Shown here: one piece after another, positions 35,948 to 49,879 of the stretch
Position numbering within the stretch: the first letter of the stretch is position 1
Layout: each line of letters starts with the position of its first letter
From: Octopus sinensis
Taxonomy: Eukaryota
DNA: 64,000 bases
NCBI RefSeq assembly: GCF_006345805.1
Contig: NC_043007.1
Span: forward strand, 16,864,001-16,928,000
Direction of reading: 5' to 3'
Made by a program: the position numbers and the translations under genes
The notes under the pieces: model-generated
Database searches by the model: none
Told to the model about the DNA's origin: nothing
Seen by the model: the letters and a program-made list of their open reading frames with translations, nothing else

Positions 35948-38568
35948 AAAAAGAAGAGACTGACTCTGCTCTTAAGACTCAACCCTATTGTTCTTTTTAA
36001 TGATAGTAAGAAGTCTTTTACAGATAAAGTTCCCAGTTTTAATTCTGGTCAACTGCCATAATTTCAAAGACACCAACAGCTCTTTGAGAGGATTCTAGTT
36101 TCATGTGTTTTTGGATGCATACAGTTACTACAAGGTACCAGTGTGTTCTCAGACTCTCGAGACTAATGCAACATTTTCAATGCCTTTTTAATGAAGTTTA
36201 GTGAAGCTTTCAACTTGTTTGCTCGGTCTTGGCATGACAGCATTGCAAAAGATTGTATCTGAAAACCATTGCTGTTTCTTGACCTGGTCCAGAAACAATT
36301 TCCAGGTCCAAAAGTTCTTAGGATTTGTCAAATTTATTACCAACTGATTTCCCATCTAAGCTATTTGTACAATCAGCACAATATCTTTTAAAGCAACCCA
36401 TCTCTCTCTCTCTCCCATTCTCTCTCTTTTCTTCCAATATTTATATCTATGAGGCAGTGAGCTGGCAGAACTGTTAATACACCAAGCAAAATGCTTAGCA
36501 AGCATTTCTTCCATCTTAACATTCTGAGTTCAAATTCCACCAAGGTCAACTTTGCCTTTCATCCTTTTGGTGGGGTCAATAAAATAAGTACCAGTTGAGC
36601 ACTGGGGTTGATGTGATCAGCTTACCCACTTCCCCGAAATTGCTGGCCTTGTGCCAAAATTTGAAACTAGTATTTATATCTATAAAAGTGGTAGAGTGAC
36701 AGAATTGTTGGATGTACGGTAAAAATGTCTTGCGGTATTTTGTTGCAACCCAACACGTTCTAAGCTTAAATCCTGCCATGGTTGACTTTTCCCATTAAAA
36801 ATCATACCAGTCGCATCCCACGGCGATATCATCGAATGTACGACAACTCCAAATTTGTTATCTTGCTCCTCTATTATAAATTATATTATTAATTAGTCCA
36901 GGAAGACAGCAAATTAGCAGAATCGTTAGCAGACTGGACGAAATGCTTAGTGGTATTTCACCTGTCGCTATGTTCTAAGTTCAAATTCCGCCAGGGTTGA
37001 CTTTGCCTTTCATCCTTTTGGGGTTGATAAAATAAGTACCAGTTGTACACTGGGGTCAATGTAATCGAATCGTCCCTACCTCCTCCAAGCTGCCCTTGTG
37101 GCAAAAATTTGAAATAATTATTAATCTGTCCCTTTGATTGCCAGAATAGTAAGGAGGTACGATCAAAATTCATTACAGTACTAAGTTGTGTCTTCGAGTT
37201 CCGAGTTCAAATTACCCTGTGGTCAACTATACCTGCCATCATCTCATGTTGAGAAAATAAGTACCAATGAAATCCTAAAATATTGGTATAATAATCGCCT
37301 CCTCTAAATGTGTGGGCGTGTAAATATTTTAAACATCAATATTACTATCGCTTAAGGTGATGAGCTGGAAGAATTATTTGCACTCTGAGCAAAATACTTA
37401 GCAGTATTTTGTTCATCTTTACATTCTGAGTTCAAATTCTGCTGGGGTCGACTTTTCCTTTCATCCTTCCAGTCAAATATTAAGGTCAATGTAATCGACT
37501 TATCCCCTCCCCCCCAAATCTGCTGGCCTTGTGCCATAAATTTGAAACCAATATTACTATCTCTTACGTCACTAATACTTTTTATTTAAAAGAGGATAAA
37601 TTTCACTACCACTCATTTTCCTACTGTATACATCTAATTTCTATTCTAAAAAATCAACAGGAACCAAAAACTACAGATTCGTTGCCATCTTCAGTCATTT
37701 CCCCAATTGTCGAATCTAAACTTTCTCAGTTCTTGATCATTGCAACCATTACATTTAATGTCCAAGATCAGGCTATTCTTCCTCTCTTCACCACTTTACA
37801 CTAATTTGCAACTTTCTACAATATTATTCTACTTCTCGTAACATGTGTTCGAATGTTACACTTCCAGCAGACTTAACTATGGAACAACATCGAAGACATA
37901 ATCAAAACTGTTCGCCTGTCCTGTGTATCACATGTAATAGACCGGACATATTTCTCTGTCATCCATGCGAAATATATGATACAAATATCCTTTTTTTTTT
38001 CTCAACCGTCAGAGTAACTTAAGGCTTGTAAAATGGAAACTCAGGATATTTAAAACGGAGGCTAAATAAATGTCTGAAAAAGTGCATGGATGTTTAAAAC
38101 AAACTTATGAAAATACTTTTGCCAAGCAAAAGGTTAACACAGTTAAACAGGTTCCTGTATTAAGCTTTCAGTAGCCCTAAAAGTGGAAGGAAATCGAAGA
38201 CAGCCGAAAACTTTTGATAACAAAATGTTGAGAAAATCTGTGAATTTCTGCATCAAAAGAGAATTAAGAACATTTATGAAACATGGAATTTCCATGACTC
38301 CTGCTAATTTTAATTAATTGAGACTTGAGTGCATCAATCCTTTGCTTAAAAAAGAGCCCAGTTTCCTTTGCATTGCGAATGTGTACATCACAACTTTCTC
38401 CATTTCACTCCTTTGGAAAAATCTCTGCCACCATACTTACATATGCAGTATTGCTTCCCAGGGTGGTTGCTACTGCTTAGGTTTCCATTCCTGGCTGCTG
38501 TCCATTTCACTGAAAAGTATAAATGCCACAACTTCAGATAATCTCAGGTTTCTATCAATAAAATTTCG

Positions 38569-38647
38569 CAATTCCCACCATGGGTTTCAATATAGAAACC
38601 GTAACATTCAAAGGATTGTCTTTCACTGTGTGGGATGTTGGTGGCCA
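38569..38647 (+). pseudogene. Partial duplicate of ARF exon 2
   Basis: CAATTCCCACCATGGGTTTCAATATAGAAACCGTAACATTCAAAGGATTGTCTTTCACTGTGTGGGATGTTGGTGGCCA; nearly identical to 33562-33640, then Q-stop. Confidence 0.9.
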
Positions 38648-38807
38648 ATAAAATTTCAGATCCATAGTAATAATCCTGTTTTGTTTCACACTTGTAAACA
38701 ATTAAGTTATCTTGTTAATTTTCAAGGTCAAAGCATGAACGACCACCTTCCTATTCCTTCTCCATTTGTAAATGATAGATTTCATAATGATGTAAAAATA
38801 AACCATA

Positions 38808-39190
38808 CTAGCAGTATCGCTCGGGTTTGTTTCGACCCTTTAGAATTGGAATTTTTGAAAAGTAAAAATTTTGCATTATGTAGCTTGTTATTCTCTTTAA
38901 GTGAACATTTTTCTGGTTGAAATGCACCGAAAAATGGAGACACAGCAGTCATAAAATCATAAAAAATAGGGATTTTCGTAGAGAAAAAAAGCACCTTTTT
39001 GATGTAAATAATTTTTGGTGTTAACATGGTCCGATTTGAATTTTTTCTTCTACGGAAGGAAGAGCAAGCCTTCTTCTATCATACTCTCAATTTTGGTCAA
39101 CTTGTGCCACAGGGTCTCAGAGGAGATAGTGTTAGTTGAAGGCTACCAAACCTGCCATACACAGACAACTTCAGCTTTATATATAGAGAG
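38808..39190 (-). mobile_element. Non-autonomous Helitron-like element (3' hairpin partly deleted)
   Basis: Same body as the 5858 copy; CCGGCGTTG segment missing. Confidence 0.75.
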
Positions 39191-39575
39191 ATTGATACAG
39201 CAATAACTGAATGAATAAGGTAGCAAATGCTTCATTACTTTGCCATTGGTTCATGCCATGGTACAGATCTATTGCTGTGTCCCTGGGCTTGACATCCAAT
39301 CTCTCTCGACAAATGATTTCAAGCCAAGTTGAGAAATCGTGTCAGACAGCGAAGCCGGGTTTGAATGTCTCTATTCCTCTTATTTGTTTCTCTGCTTATT
39401 TATAAAGTGTGTGTGTGTGTGTTCGTTAACGTGTGGACATGCAGGTGTTTCCTTTTGTTTGTTTTTAATCCTATTCAAATTGTTAAATAAAAGACTGATA
39501 AATATATCTTCTGTGTTCTTGTATCTAAATACATATAATGCATTTTGTGCTGGAATAATTCGTAGCAAATTCATA

Positions 39576-39963
39576 GGCGTAGGAGTGGCTGTGTGGTAAG
39601 TAGCTTGCTTACCAACCACATGGTTCCGGGTTCAGTCCCACTGCATGGCACCTTTGGCAAGTGTCTTCTGCTATAGCCTCGGCCCAACCAAAGCCTTCTG
39701 AGTGGATTTGGTAGATGGAAACTGAAAGAAGCTCGTCGTATATATATATATATATATGTTTGTGTGTTTGTATTTGTCTCCCCAACATCGCTTGACAACC
39801 GATGCTGGTGTGTTTACGTCCCCGTAACTTAGCGGTTCAGCAAAAGAGACCGATAGAATAAGTACTAGGCTTACAGAGAATAAGTCCTGGGGTCGATTTG
39901 CTCGACTAATGGTGGTGCTCCAGCATGGCCACAGTCAAATGACTGAAACAAGTAAAAGAGTAA
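39576..39963 (+). mobile_element. SINE family A, full length
   Basis: Match to the 10824 copy. Confidence 0.87.
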
Positions 39964-40029
39964 AGCAAAGATTAAGGTGGCAAACTGGCAGAATCGTTAC
40001 CACGTCAAACAAAATGGTTTTTGTTTTTT

Positions 40030-40425
40030 TTTTACTTGTTTCAATCATTAGACTGCAGCCATACTGGAGCAGAGGAATTTATAGTCAAATGCATCAACTT
40101 CAGTAACTTTTTTAAGCCTGGTACTTATTCTGTTGATCTCTTGCCGAACTGCTAAGTTACGGCGGCATAAAAACACCAACACCAGTTGTCAAGGGGTATT
40201 GAGGGAACAATCACAGATACAAAGACATGCGTGCACGCACACACACACACACATATATATAATATACGACTGGCTTCTTTCAGTTTCCATCTACCAAATC
40301 CACTCATAAGGCTTTGGTTGGACTGAGGCTATAGCGGAAGACACTTGCCCAAAATGCTATGCTGTGGGACTGAACCTGGGACCATGTGGTTGTGAAGCAA
40401 GCTTCTTACCACACAGCCACGCCTG
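40030..40425 (-). mobile_element. SINE family A, diverged
   Basis: Reverse complement similarity; tail-to-tail with the 39576 copy. Confidence 0.78.
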
Positions 40426-41606
40426 TTTAGTGACATTTTGTCTGTCTTTACCTTCTGAGTTCAATTACTGCCGAGGTTGACTTTGCCTTTTGTACTTTCG
40501 GGATTGATAAAATAAGTACCAGTTGACCACTAGGTTGACTTAATCAACTACCCTCTTCCCAAAAGTTTCAGGCCTTTGGCCTATAAGGAAAGGATTTATA
40601 GCAAAGATGTGATAAATACGATAGAACATCCCAGTAAACATGTGCTGTTTTCTTTCAGGACACCCTCAGTTCAAATCTCATTAGGGTCAACATTGATTCT
40701 GCCTTCATAAAAATATAATTCTATGGGGTTTAACTACCTATTTTAAGATCTTGATGACAAGTGACACTCTACTTACTGCAAATACTATAAAAAATATTAA
40801 TCTAAGATGTGTGTCTGTATGTGTACATATGTACAAACACACATATCTTTTATGTAAAATCTATTCTGTGTGTGCATGTGTGTGTCTTCTCGGATCTCAG
40901 GCATCCTCCATCTGATTGCGCTCAAATTTGATATGTAGATGCCGACGGTATCAGGACATATATAAGTCTTGAAAAAATTACAAAACTCGATTCCAGGTGA
41001 GAATGCGATCAATAAAGCCATGGGAAATCGTTTTCCTTTGGAATAGGAAAAAAGTCTATCTTTATTTCTTCTTTTGCTGGTGTCTCAAATTTAGGTTAAA
41101 TCAGTGTTTCTCAAAGGGGCGGCCTATGGGACGGTCGGACAAGTTGTTTTGAGAAAATTTGGTTTAAATGTTTGACAACTCAGCACCATCCATTGGACAG
41201 TGGGGGGCATTTTGCTCGTGTATATATATATATACACACGTGTGTATATATGTATACGTATGGGAAGTTGTGGAAACGGGAGACCCAGAAAGACATGGAA
41301 CGAAGTATTGAAGGCCAATCTCAAAGTGCTGAGCCTTTCGAAGGAGATGAGGGACGACTGAGATATGTGATGCATTGCTGAATTCAAGGAGACCCGTCCA
41401 CCACAACAGAATTGATATCCTAAAATGAAGGAGCCAAGTAAAAAGCACTCAGTACATCCTGGAAATGGTTGCAGTTAGGAAGGGCATCAAGCTGTAGAAA
41501 CCAATCCAAGACAGAATATGGAATCTGGTATGGGCTTGTGGCCTTGCCAGATCCTGTCAAGTCGTCCAACCTACGCCAGCATAGAAAATGGAAGTTAAAT
41601 GATGAG

Positions 41607-41767
41607 GCGTAGGAGTGGCTGTGTGGTAAGTAGCTTGCTTACCAACCACATGGTTCCAGGTTCAGTCCCACTGCGGGGAACCTTGGGCAAGTGTCTTCTT
41701 CTATAGCCTCAGGCTGACCAAAGTCTTGCGAGTGGATCTGGTAGATGGAAACTGAAAGAGGCCTATC

Positions 41768-41841
<74 letters not shown>

Positions 41842-42091
41842 GTATATATATATGTGTGTGTGTGTGTATATATATATGTATATATATGTATGTGTCTATG
41901 TTTGTCCCCCGCCCCCAACCTCACTTGACCACTGGTGCTGGTCTGTTTATGTCCCCTTAACTTAGGGGTTCAGCAAAAGTGGATGACAGTATAAGTACTA
42001 GGCTTGCAAAGAATAAGTCCTGGGGTCGATTTGTTCGACTAAAAGCAGTGCTCCAGCATGGCTACAGTCAAATGACTGAAACAAGTAAAAG
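41607..42091 (+). mobile_element. SINE family A with an expanded internal (TA/TG)n
   Basis: Head at 41607, tail GAAACAAGTAAAAGA at about 42090. Confidence 0.85.
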
Positions 42092-42404
42092 AATATGTGT
42101 GTGTGTAGTGTGTGTATGCATGTATGCATATATACATACACACACACACATCTTGCATATCATGTTGAAGAATATTAAAGCAAGTGTGACGTAGGTAGTA
42201 TCGAAACTTAATCTCCAACTCCTTCAACTAGGACCGGCGGCTATGATGCAGTAGGAAGTCAGCTATAGAAACAACATTCGTCTGGCAACTGTGGAAGTAA
42301 TACAAACCAAAACCAAAAAATAAAAAAAGGAAATTAAAACAAAAGTAGGCGTGAGGAGAATTTATATGGAAACTTGTTAATGGATTGGCACGGATTTTGA
42401 GAGA

Positions 42405-42475
42405 TCCGGGACTTTGGATAAAGTGATTTTGGATAAAGTGATTTGGATAAAGTGATTTTGTATAACGGATCTCTC
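42405..42475. repeat. Short tandem repeat (TTGGATAAAGTGATT)x3-4
   Basis: Direct reading; probably a subterminal repeat of a DNA transposon. Confidence 0.75.
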
Positions 42476-42844
42476 AAAATCCGTATTAATCCAAGCACCT
42501 ATAATATTATTGGTCTTCATAACATAATGTACGTGGTTATGGCATGATTCATTGTTTATCCAGAACATCTGTGAAGATGAGACTTGATTATATCATTCAT
42601 TTTATTTGTATATGCTATTTTCCATCTTTTTCTTTTTATTCTCATACTTACCTGATGCAAGTCCTTCTTATGGCTGATTTCCAACACCAGAGTCACTTGG
42701 CCCGGACGAAGGATCTTGGGTTCAACTTCTGTATTTATCTGAGCAATAATTGGTGACTATCAATGACACACTCTTGGATTAGCATTCTTCAAAACCAACT
42801 CCCAAGTCACACACACACCAACTAACACCTTAGATATATATATA

Positions 42845-42876
<32 letters not shown>

Positions 42877-43039
42877 AAACATAAATGTATGTAAACACCA
42901 GTCAAAAAACATTCGTCTTTTAATTCAGTGTGTGTATGTATATGTATATATATATAACAAATTAATAAATGAAACATATGCATATATACATACACATATG
43001 TACGTACCTACATCTACATGTATATATACATATATATAT

Positions 43040-43510
43040 GGGTACAGGACACCAAAAAAACGTCGAACACAATGAGAAATGAAAACATAAACACAAAACC
43101 AAGGAAATGGACATTTTTCTTAAACAACACAAGGAAAATTCCCCTTCTTCAATCGCCTCTGTTTCATCTACTCCGCGTTTCGAAGGTAAAGGCAAGACAC
43201 GACTCGTTGAAACATTCCTTCCCACAAAAGGCAAATTAAATATAATTTGAGATTTTTTTGCGGAGGGGTAAAAGTGGTAACAAAAACAGGACAGTAACGA
43301 CAGTACAAAATATAAACAGTAAAAGACAGGACAAGGAGAATAACAGTAACACAGACATTGAGGGCTGTTAAGCCAAACGAGAGAAAATATTAGGAACGCT
43401 TCTTTTGAGAACGGCGAAGGAGACACAGAAAAGCCGTCTACACTCGAAGGAAGTGAGGTCAGAAAGACAGTAGTTTTCTCGTCGCTGACCAGCGACGGGA
43501 CAGAGGAGGA
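43040..43510 (-). mobile_element. Probable Penelope 3' remnant between (TA)n tracts
   Basis: Minus strand gives EAFLIFSL...(G/W)LNS, resembling the C-terminus of Penelope GIY-YIG domains; TA flanks. Confidence 0.5.
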
Positions 43511-44077
43511 GGAGTAAGAGAAAGGGTATATATATATATACCGGAGTAAGCACATAAATGTGAAACAAGGTGGAAAAAAAGAGTACTCAAATACCAGAGG
43601 TAGAGTAATATGCTTTATTTAAAAGCAGCAGAAATATAACAAAAGCTGTTACCCGTTCGTCGGACAGTTTTGTTAAAATAGAACAGAAATAATGATATGA
43701 TCAAAACTAGCAAAGGATACACCTTTAAAAATGGATTTGTTTCATTGGTCCTTTTAAATAATGGTCTTAAGCATGCAATAAACAAAATAAATGAATTCAA
43801 TATAAATTCATCCTATTATAAAAAAATCGAGGAAAAACCTTAAATCAAAGAGTGGATTCAAAATACATATTGTCATTAATTATATATGAAATATAATTCG
43901 ATTAATACAATTAACACATTAAAAATTAAAATATTTTACATTATATGTGCATACTAAACCTTCAATATACATCAAAATACACAGATTGATATACATAGAC
44001 CATATACATATGCAGACATATATATGTAAGACGTAAATATACACACAAATACACATATACATATGAATATAGATATA

Positions 44078-45092
44078 ATAGTGAAAATTTACAAAAAACA
44101 CAAGATGAAGACGGGTGCGTAAACAACAATTAGTTTAACGCTCAGGAAGTGAGAAAGTCTTTTACGTTTCAAGCCTATGCTCTTCAACAGAAAGAAACAT
44201 AGAAATAAACAGGGAGAGAAAATAGAAAAGGTTTAGTGGCTAGCGAACTGTCTTGGCAAATGCCGGACAGAGGGGTCACACAGGAGAGCTAGGAAGAAGG
44301 GGAGAGAAAAATACAAGAGGTGGGAAGAGAAGGAAAAAATAAAAGAAGGAGGAAGAAACAAAGAGAAAAGAGAAGACAAAAGGGGAAAAAAGGGAGGGAG
44401 AGAGAGGCAAGGTAACAAGTGCGGATTGAGAGAAACGACTAAAGGAAAAAGCATAAACTACAAAAAAGTTTAGAAAAGTTCAAAAGGTTCAAACGTCGTG
44501 GTGTATTGGAGAGATTTCTCATCAAAGGAAGAGTCTAGTGTAATCCATGGGTAGGAGAGGTGTAGGAGAGTAGAAGAAAGTCCAGGTATACACACACGAG
44601 TGAGTGGAAAAACAAAAGAAAAAGGCACTCAACACAAAGAGTTACATGAATATATATATAATACATCACATCACAACACACCACCATGCATACATCAGCA
44701 CTGACCACTTCCCAGACCCACATTTTCACACCTACTCATACACACACGCACACATCAAGATCACCAGCCCTCTTCCACACGGACATACAAATTCTCTTAT
44801 ACATACACACACGCACCTTCGTTTTGGGATCACCACTACTTTATTATTTCCCCTTCTCCCTAGCTCTCCTATGCGACCCTTCTGTCCAGCATTCGCCATG
44901 ATAGATCGCTAGCCACCACACATTCTTTATTTTCTCTCCTTGTTTCTTTCTGTGTTCCTCTCTGTGGAAGAGTGTAGGCTCGAAACGTTAAAGACTTTTT
45001 CACTTCCCAAGTGTTATACTATTATAATACATCTGTTTGTTGCCTACACCCACTGCCTTCATCTTTTGTTTTTTTTTTTGTAAATTCTCCCT
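44078..45092. mobile_element. Inverted-repeat element (arms about 44078-44305 and 44848-45092) with divergent hammerhead-like motifs; third partial copy at 45110-45240 (-)
   Basis: Arms are diverged reverse complements ending in TA repeats. Motifs at 44159-44194 (-), 44958-44993 (+) and 45199-45234 (-). Confidence 0.78.
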
Positions 45093-45359
45093 ATATATAT
45101 GTTTATATATAGTTCGAATTTACAGAAAACAAAAGACAAAGACATGTTTAGGAACAACAAACAGGTGTATTAGTATAATGCTCAGGAAGTGAAAAAGTAT
45201 TTTACGTTTCAAGCCTATGCTCTTCGATAGAGAGGATTAGGAGGGTGAAAAATTGGAAAGAGAATGAAAAAGAAATGGAGAACGAAAAAAATATGTGGAG
45301 ACCAACAGTCCAACATGACGAGATGACCGAAAAAAAGAGACTGAAAGGAAGAGAGATAA

Positions 45360-46100
45360 TAATAATAATAATAACGATAACAGTGACCCCACCACCAAAA
45401 AAACTAAGATTTGCAAGGGTGTGTGTGTATGTGAAAATGGATGTGTGTGTATGTGTGAGTGTGTATGCGTGAATGGGGCCGAATGTGTGATTACGTATGT
45501 GTGTGTGAGCGAGAGTGTGTGTATATATGTGAGTATGCATTTGGACGTGTATATGTGTGAGGCTAACATATATGTGTGTGCATGAGTGTGTGTGTGTGTA
45601 GCAGTTGATGTGTGCTTGTTCAGGTGGTGTGTGCACGTGTGTATGTGTCTGACCAAATAGTGTGCATGTGTACAGTGCATGTTTGCGGGTGAGGGTCATC
45701 TGTGTCTATGCGTGCTGCATATGTTTATGCACGTTGCGTGTGTATCTATTGCCAGTGTTCAGGTATTATGGGCTTGTGTAGGTGTGGCAGTGTGCATGGT
45801 GGTGTGTGGTGTGTGTACTGAGTTAAACAATGTGTGGGGGGTCTGCGCATATAGTGGTGTGTCTGGTGGCGCTATTGAAAATTGCGTGTGGGTGCATGGA
45901 TAATGGTGTGCGGATGTGTGGATAAAGGTGTGTGATGTGGGTGCTGAGGAGGTGATTGGTGCTAGTGTGTGTGTGGAGTGGGAAGGTGTTTGTAGGTGTG
46001 TGTGTGTGTGCAATGGTGTGTGAAGTAAGTAATGAGCTGAACATTATTGTGTATGGGGGTTTGTATAGTGGTGAGGGTACTGATGTAGGCGGTATGCAGG
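45360..46100. repeat. Degenerate (GT)-rich low-complexity region
   Basis: Direct reading. Confidence 0.85.
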
Positions 46101-46106
46101 TGTAAA

Positions 46107-46340
46107 GGCAGCGAGCTGGTAGAAACATTAACATGCTGGGTGAAATGCTTTGTGGTATTTCGTCCACTGCTGCATTCTGAGTTCAAATTCCGCTGAGGTC
46201 GACTTTGCTTTTCATCCTTTCGGGGTCGATTAAATAAGTACCAGTTACGCACTGGGGTCGATGTAATCGACTTAATCCGTTCGTCTGTCCTTGTTTGTCC
46301 TCTCTGTATTTAGCCCCTTGTGGGTAGTAAAGAAATAGGT
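46107..46340 (+). mobile_element. SINE family B, long form, 13-bp TSD
   Basis: TSD GGTATGCAGGTGT at 46091-46103 and 46338-46350. Confidence 0.87.
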
Positions 46341-46578
46341 ATGCAGGTGTGTAGTTGGAGAGGGGCAGTTGAATGTGAGAGGTGTGAGGGAATCCGTGTG
46401 AGATTGATGTCAGATGAAGAGAGGTAATTCAGTTGAGCCCATATGTCGCAAAGGAATGAAGAAAGATTAATTTCTGTTCATGGCGAAGACGTGAGACCAG
46501 GTGGCCCATGCCTGCATGTGTGTGTGTGTGCATATATGTATATATATCTATATGTGTGTGTATAAAATATAATATAAA

Positions 46579-46825
46579 TGCGCCCTTTTAAAGCCAAGCC
46601 AGGCTCATGGGCCTGGTTTCCCGGTTTCTATGGCGTATGTGCTCCCCAGCTGGACGGGACGCCAGTCCATCTCAGCGTTACTCATTTTTTCCAGCTGAGT
46701 GGACTGGAGCAACGTGAAATGAAGTGTTTTGCTCAAGAACACAACGCGTCGCCATGTCAAGGAATCAAAACTACAATCTTACGATCACGGTGCTGACACC
46801 CTAACCACTAAGCCATGCGCCTCCA
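46579..46825 (-). mobile_element. tRNA-derived SINE family D (other copies at 47320-47445 and 47533-47773, both -)
   Basis: On - the head is GGAGGCGCATGGCTTAGTGGTTAGGGTGTCAG; three clustered copies. Confidence 0.82.
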
Positions 46826-46894
46826 CTAAATGTGTGTGTATGCATGCATGTATGTATGTATAGTTACATACTTATATGCATGCATACGCACACA

Positions 46895-46985
46895 AATACA
46901 TACATACATACATACATACATACATACATACATACATACATACATACATACATACATACATACATACATACATACATACATACAT
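46895..46985. repeat. (CATA)n microsatellite
   Basis: Direct reading; similar tracts at 56175-56490 and 59895-60008. Confidence 0.95.
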
Positions 46986-49408
46986 GCAGGCATATCAGAC
47001 CTATAAGCGAAAAAGGTAGTGAGTGTAACCGAGGCAAGGTATTTGCTTCTGGAAACAGCCCAGGCGCAGCAAAAGTGATTGTTATTGTCTCTGCAATATA
47101 TTAACAATGATGATAAAAGGCCGACCAATGCACACACGTCACGGATGACGACTCTCCCATCGTTAGATGACGTATGAGAGTTCTGCGCTTTCTTACTGAA
47201 CAACCGCACAGTTGATTTGTGTATAGTGACCAAATATTCGTGATCAGCTCACTCCTTTCATCAAATCGACATTACCTGTACAGGTGCATGACGTCCCACA
47301 TGTCAAATGAGGAAATGATCGTAGAGCAACGTGAAATGAAGTGTTTTGCTCAAGAACACAACGCAACACCCGGTCTGGAAATCGAAATCAAGATCTCGCA
47401 GTCGATGAGTGCAACACCCTAACCACTGAGTCATGTGCCTTCACGCAGCCATATATGCATATAAAGGAAAAAAGGACTATAATCGTCACTTGCAAGCAAA
47501 TATGATTTGGTGGCATGTATAATAAAAATAAATGCGCCCTTTTAAAGCCTAGCCAGGCTCATGGGCCCGGTTTCCCAGTTTCTACGTGTTCCCCAGCTGG
47601 ATGGATGCCAGTCTATCGCAGCGTTACTCATTTTTGCCAGGTGAGTAGACTGGAGCAACAACGTGAGATGAAGTGTTTTGCTCAAGAACACAACGCGTCG
47701 CCCAGTCCAGGAATCGAAACCACAATCTTACGATCATGGTGCTGACACCCTAACCACTAAGCCACGCGCTCCCACGGCGGCACGTATGCTTCCATCCAAA
47801 ATAAAATAAATGTTCTAAACACTATAGTGGTTTCAGATTTTGGCACAAGGCCGGCAGTTTCGGGGACTAGTCGATCACATTCGACCCCCAGTACTCAGCT
47901 TGTACTTATTTTATGGACTCCGAAATGATAAAAGGCTAAGTCAACCTAGGCGGAATTTCATCTTAGAACGAAAAGATGGACGAAATGCTGCCAAGCATTT
48001 TGCTAGGTGTGCTAACAATTCTTCAAGCTCACCACTTTATTCTAAACACTATACACTCGAATTAAGCATTCGTTACACAGGATTTGGATTTTTTCTGTTT
48101 GGCAGCCAATTTTCAATCTCTTCAATTCCTACTCAAATTGATTTCATATACGGTCTAATGACATGGTTTTATATGCTAATCACCGTGATCACCGTGACCG
48201 ACCAGGCTATCAGATGTTGCTACACATCGCTGGTCACAATGCACTTCGCATTGTTTTAGCCTTCAAATGACGCCATCCTGCTGGCTAAGCGAGCAGGCCA
48301 ACAGGAAGAAAGAGTGAGAAAAAGTTGTGGCGAAAGAGTACAGCAGGGATCGCCACCCGCCTGCCGGAGCCTCGTGGAGCTTTTGGGTGTTTTCGCTCAA
48401 TAAATACTCACAACACCCGGTCTGGGAATCGAAACTGCAATCCTACAACCGCGAGTCCGCTGCCCTAACTACTGGGCCATTGCACCTCCACATATGCTAA
48501 TCACCGCTTTGAATTCATTTCTGTGATAAATCGATAAATAAAGAGTTATTAACTTTTAGAGTTTACAGTTTTTTTGGTAATCGTAAGCTACAGACTCATT
48601 CATGCCTGTTTCCATAATAACAAGTCAAGCGTGAGAACTGTTTTGTCTGCGAGAAAGCACATGTATATTCCAGTCACTGGAAAGTGAAGTATCTCCAGAA
48701 ATTCAGCCTGGGAAACTACATTAATATACCAAATTTTAAAATCTTCAATAAACTTTGAATTTTCAAAAATTGGCAGCAAAACTGAAAAGATCCCAGGATT
48801 TCATTAAATGAAGCTGCTTATAAATGCCTTCAATTGGTAATTGTGATTACCAGTGTTAAATTTCTGTTTCACGTTCCATGTTTTTTTAAAGCGAAAGGAA
48901 CGGATGTCACTCAAACAAGCTATGTGGCATGTCTTGTGTTCCGGGATGCTTTTAAAGCAATTTTAAGTGTTTTTACTTAATCCTTGATACTTGATTGTTA
49001 ATATTCATTTTAGAATCATTTGTTTCCACTGTGATCTGTTTAGTTTGAGCCAAGTTGATTTTAGTTTGACGGAGTGAAACTTTAACCAGATGGAGATATA
49101 AGCTCTACGGACAGAATGGTTTGCTTCTAAATAATCAAGTACTCACTTGAAAAAGAAAAATTAAGTCTCGACACGTTCTGGCATTGTGTGGATTATATTT
49201 CAGATGCTGTCTAGCTATAACAATATACTCAGTCAGGAAATAGTCTCTTTAAAATAGGTGACCTCCAAATGATAACAATCTTCTATGGTTACAGGCACAC
49301 ACGCCGTATTTGGTGGCATATAAAACGCACTTTTATTTTTTCCAAAAAACAAAAACAAAACGGTTTCAAAAAATCATCCTGCGTCTTGCACATGAAGTTT
49401 ACACTATA

Positions 49409-49681
49409 CAGTAATCTCTCGATTATCGCGGGTTCTAAAAAACCTGTGATAGGTGGAAATCCGGGAAGTGGAAACAGTACTGTACTGTATATTTTTTAAA
49501 AACTATTTTTATAATTTATATATAATTATTTTATTATAGATGCAAAACAACACCACAGAGGAATCAATGTAAGTTTAAATGATAAACCGCGATAGGTGAA
49601 CCGCAATAGGTGAACCGCGATAGGTGAACAGCGATAGGTGAACTGCGATAAGTGAACCGTGATATGGCAAGGGATTGCTGT
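49409..49681. mobile_element. pogo/Tigger-like MITE with 15-bp subterminal tandem repeats
   Basis: CAGTAATCTCTCG / CAAGGGATTGCTG termini; (AACCGCGATAGGTG)-type repeats x6. Confidence 0.72.
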
Positions 49682-49879
49682 GTTAATTGCACTAAAAACA
49701 TTTTTTCCGGAATATGCGCTGGCGAAATTGGGATGTGTCTACTACGTCCATGTATATTTCTCTTTTATGCCATGAAATAGAGTAGATGCAGACCTGGGCA
49801 CCAAACCATTAATCTGTTAATCATTAATAAACAAAGTTAACATTTTCGTTAATGATTTAACTTTTAAGTTAACTTTGGA

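Noticed and set aside
38318-38920. 200-aa ORF downstream of the ARF gene
   Set aside because: A composite of unique DNA, the out-of-frame exon duplicate and the Helitron end; no domain.
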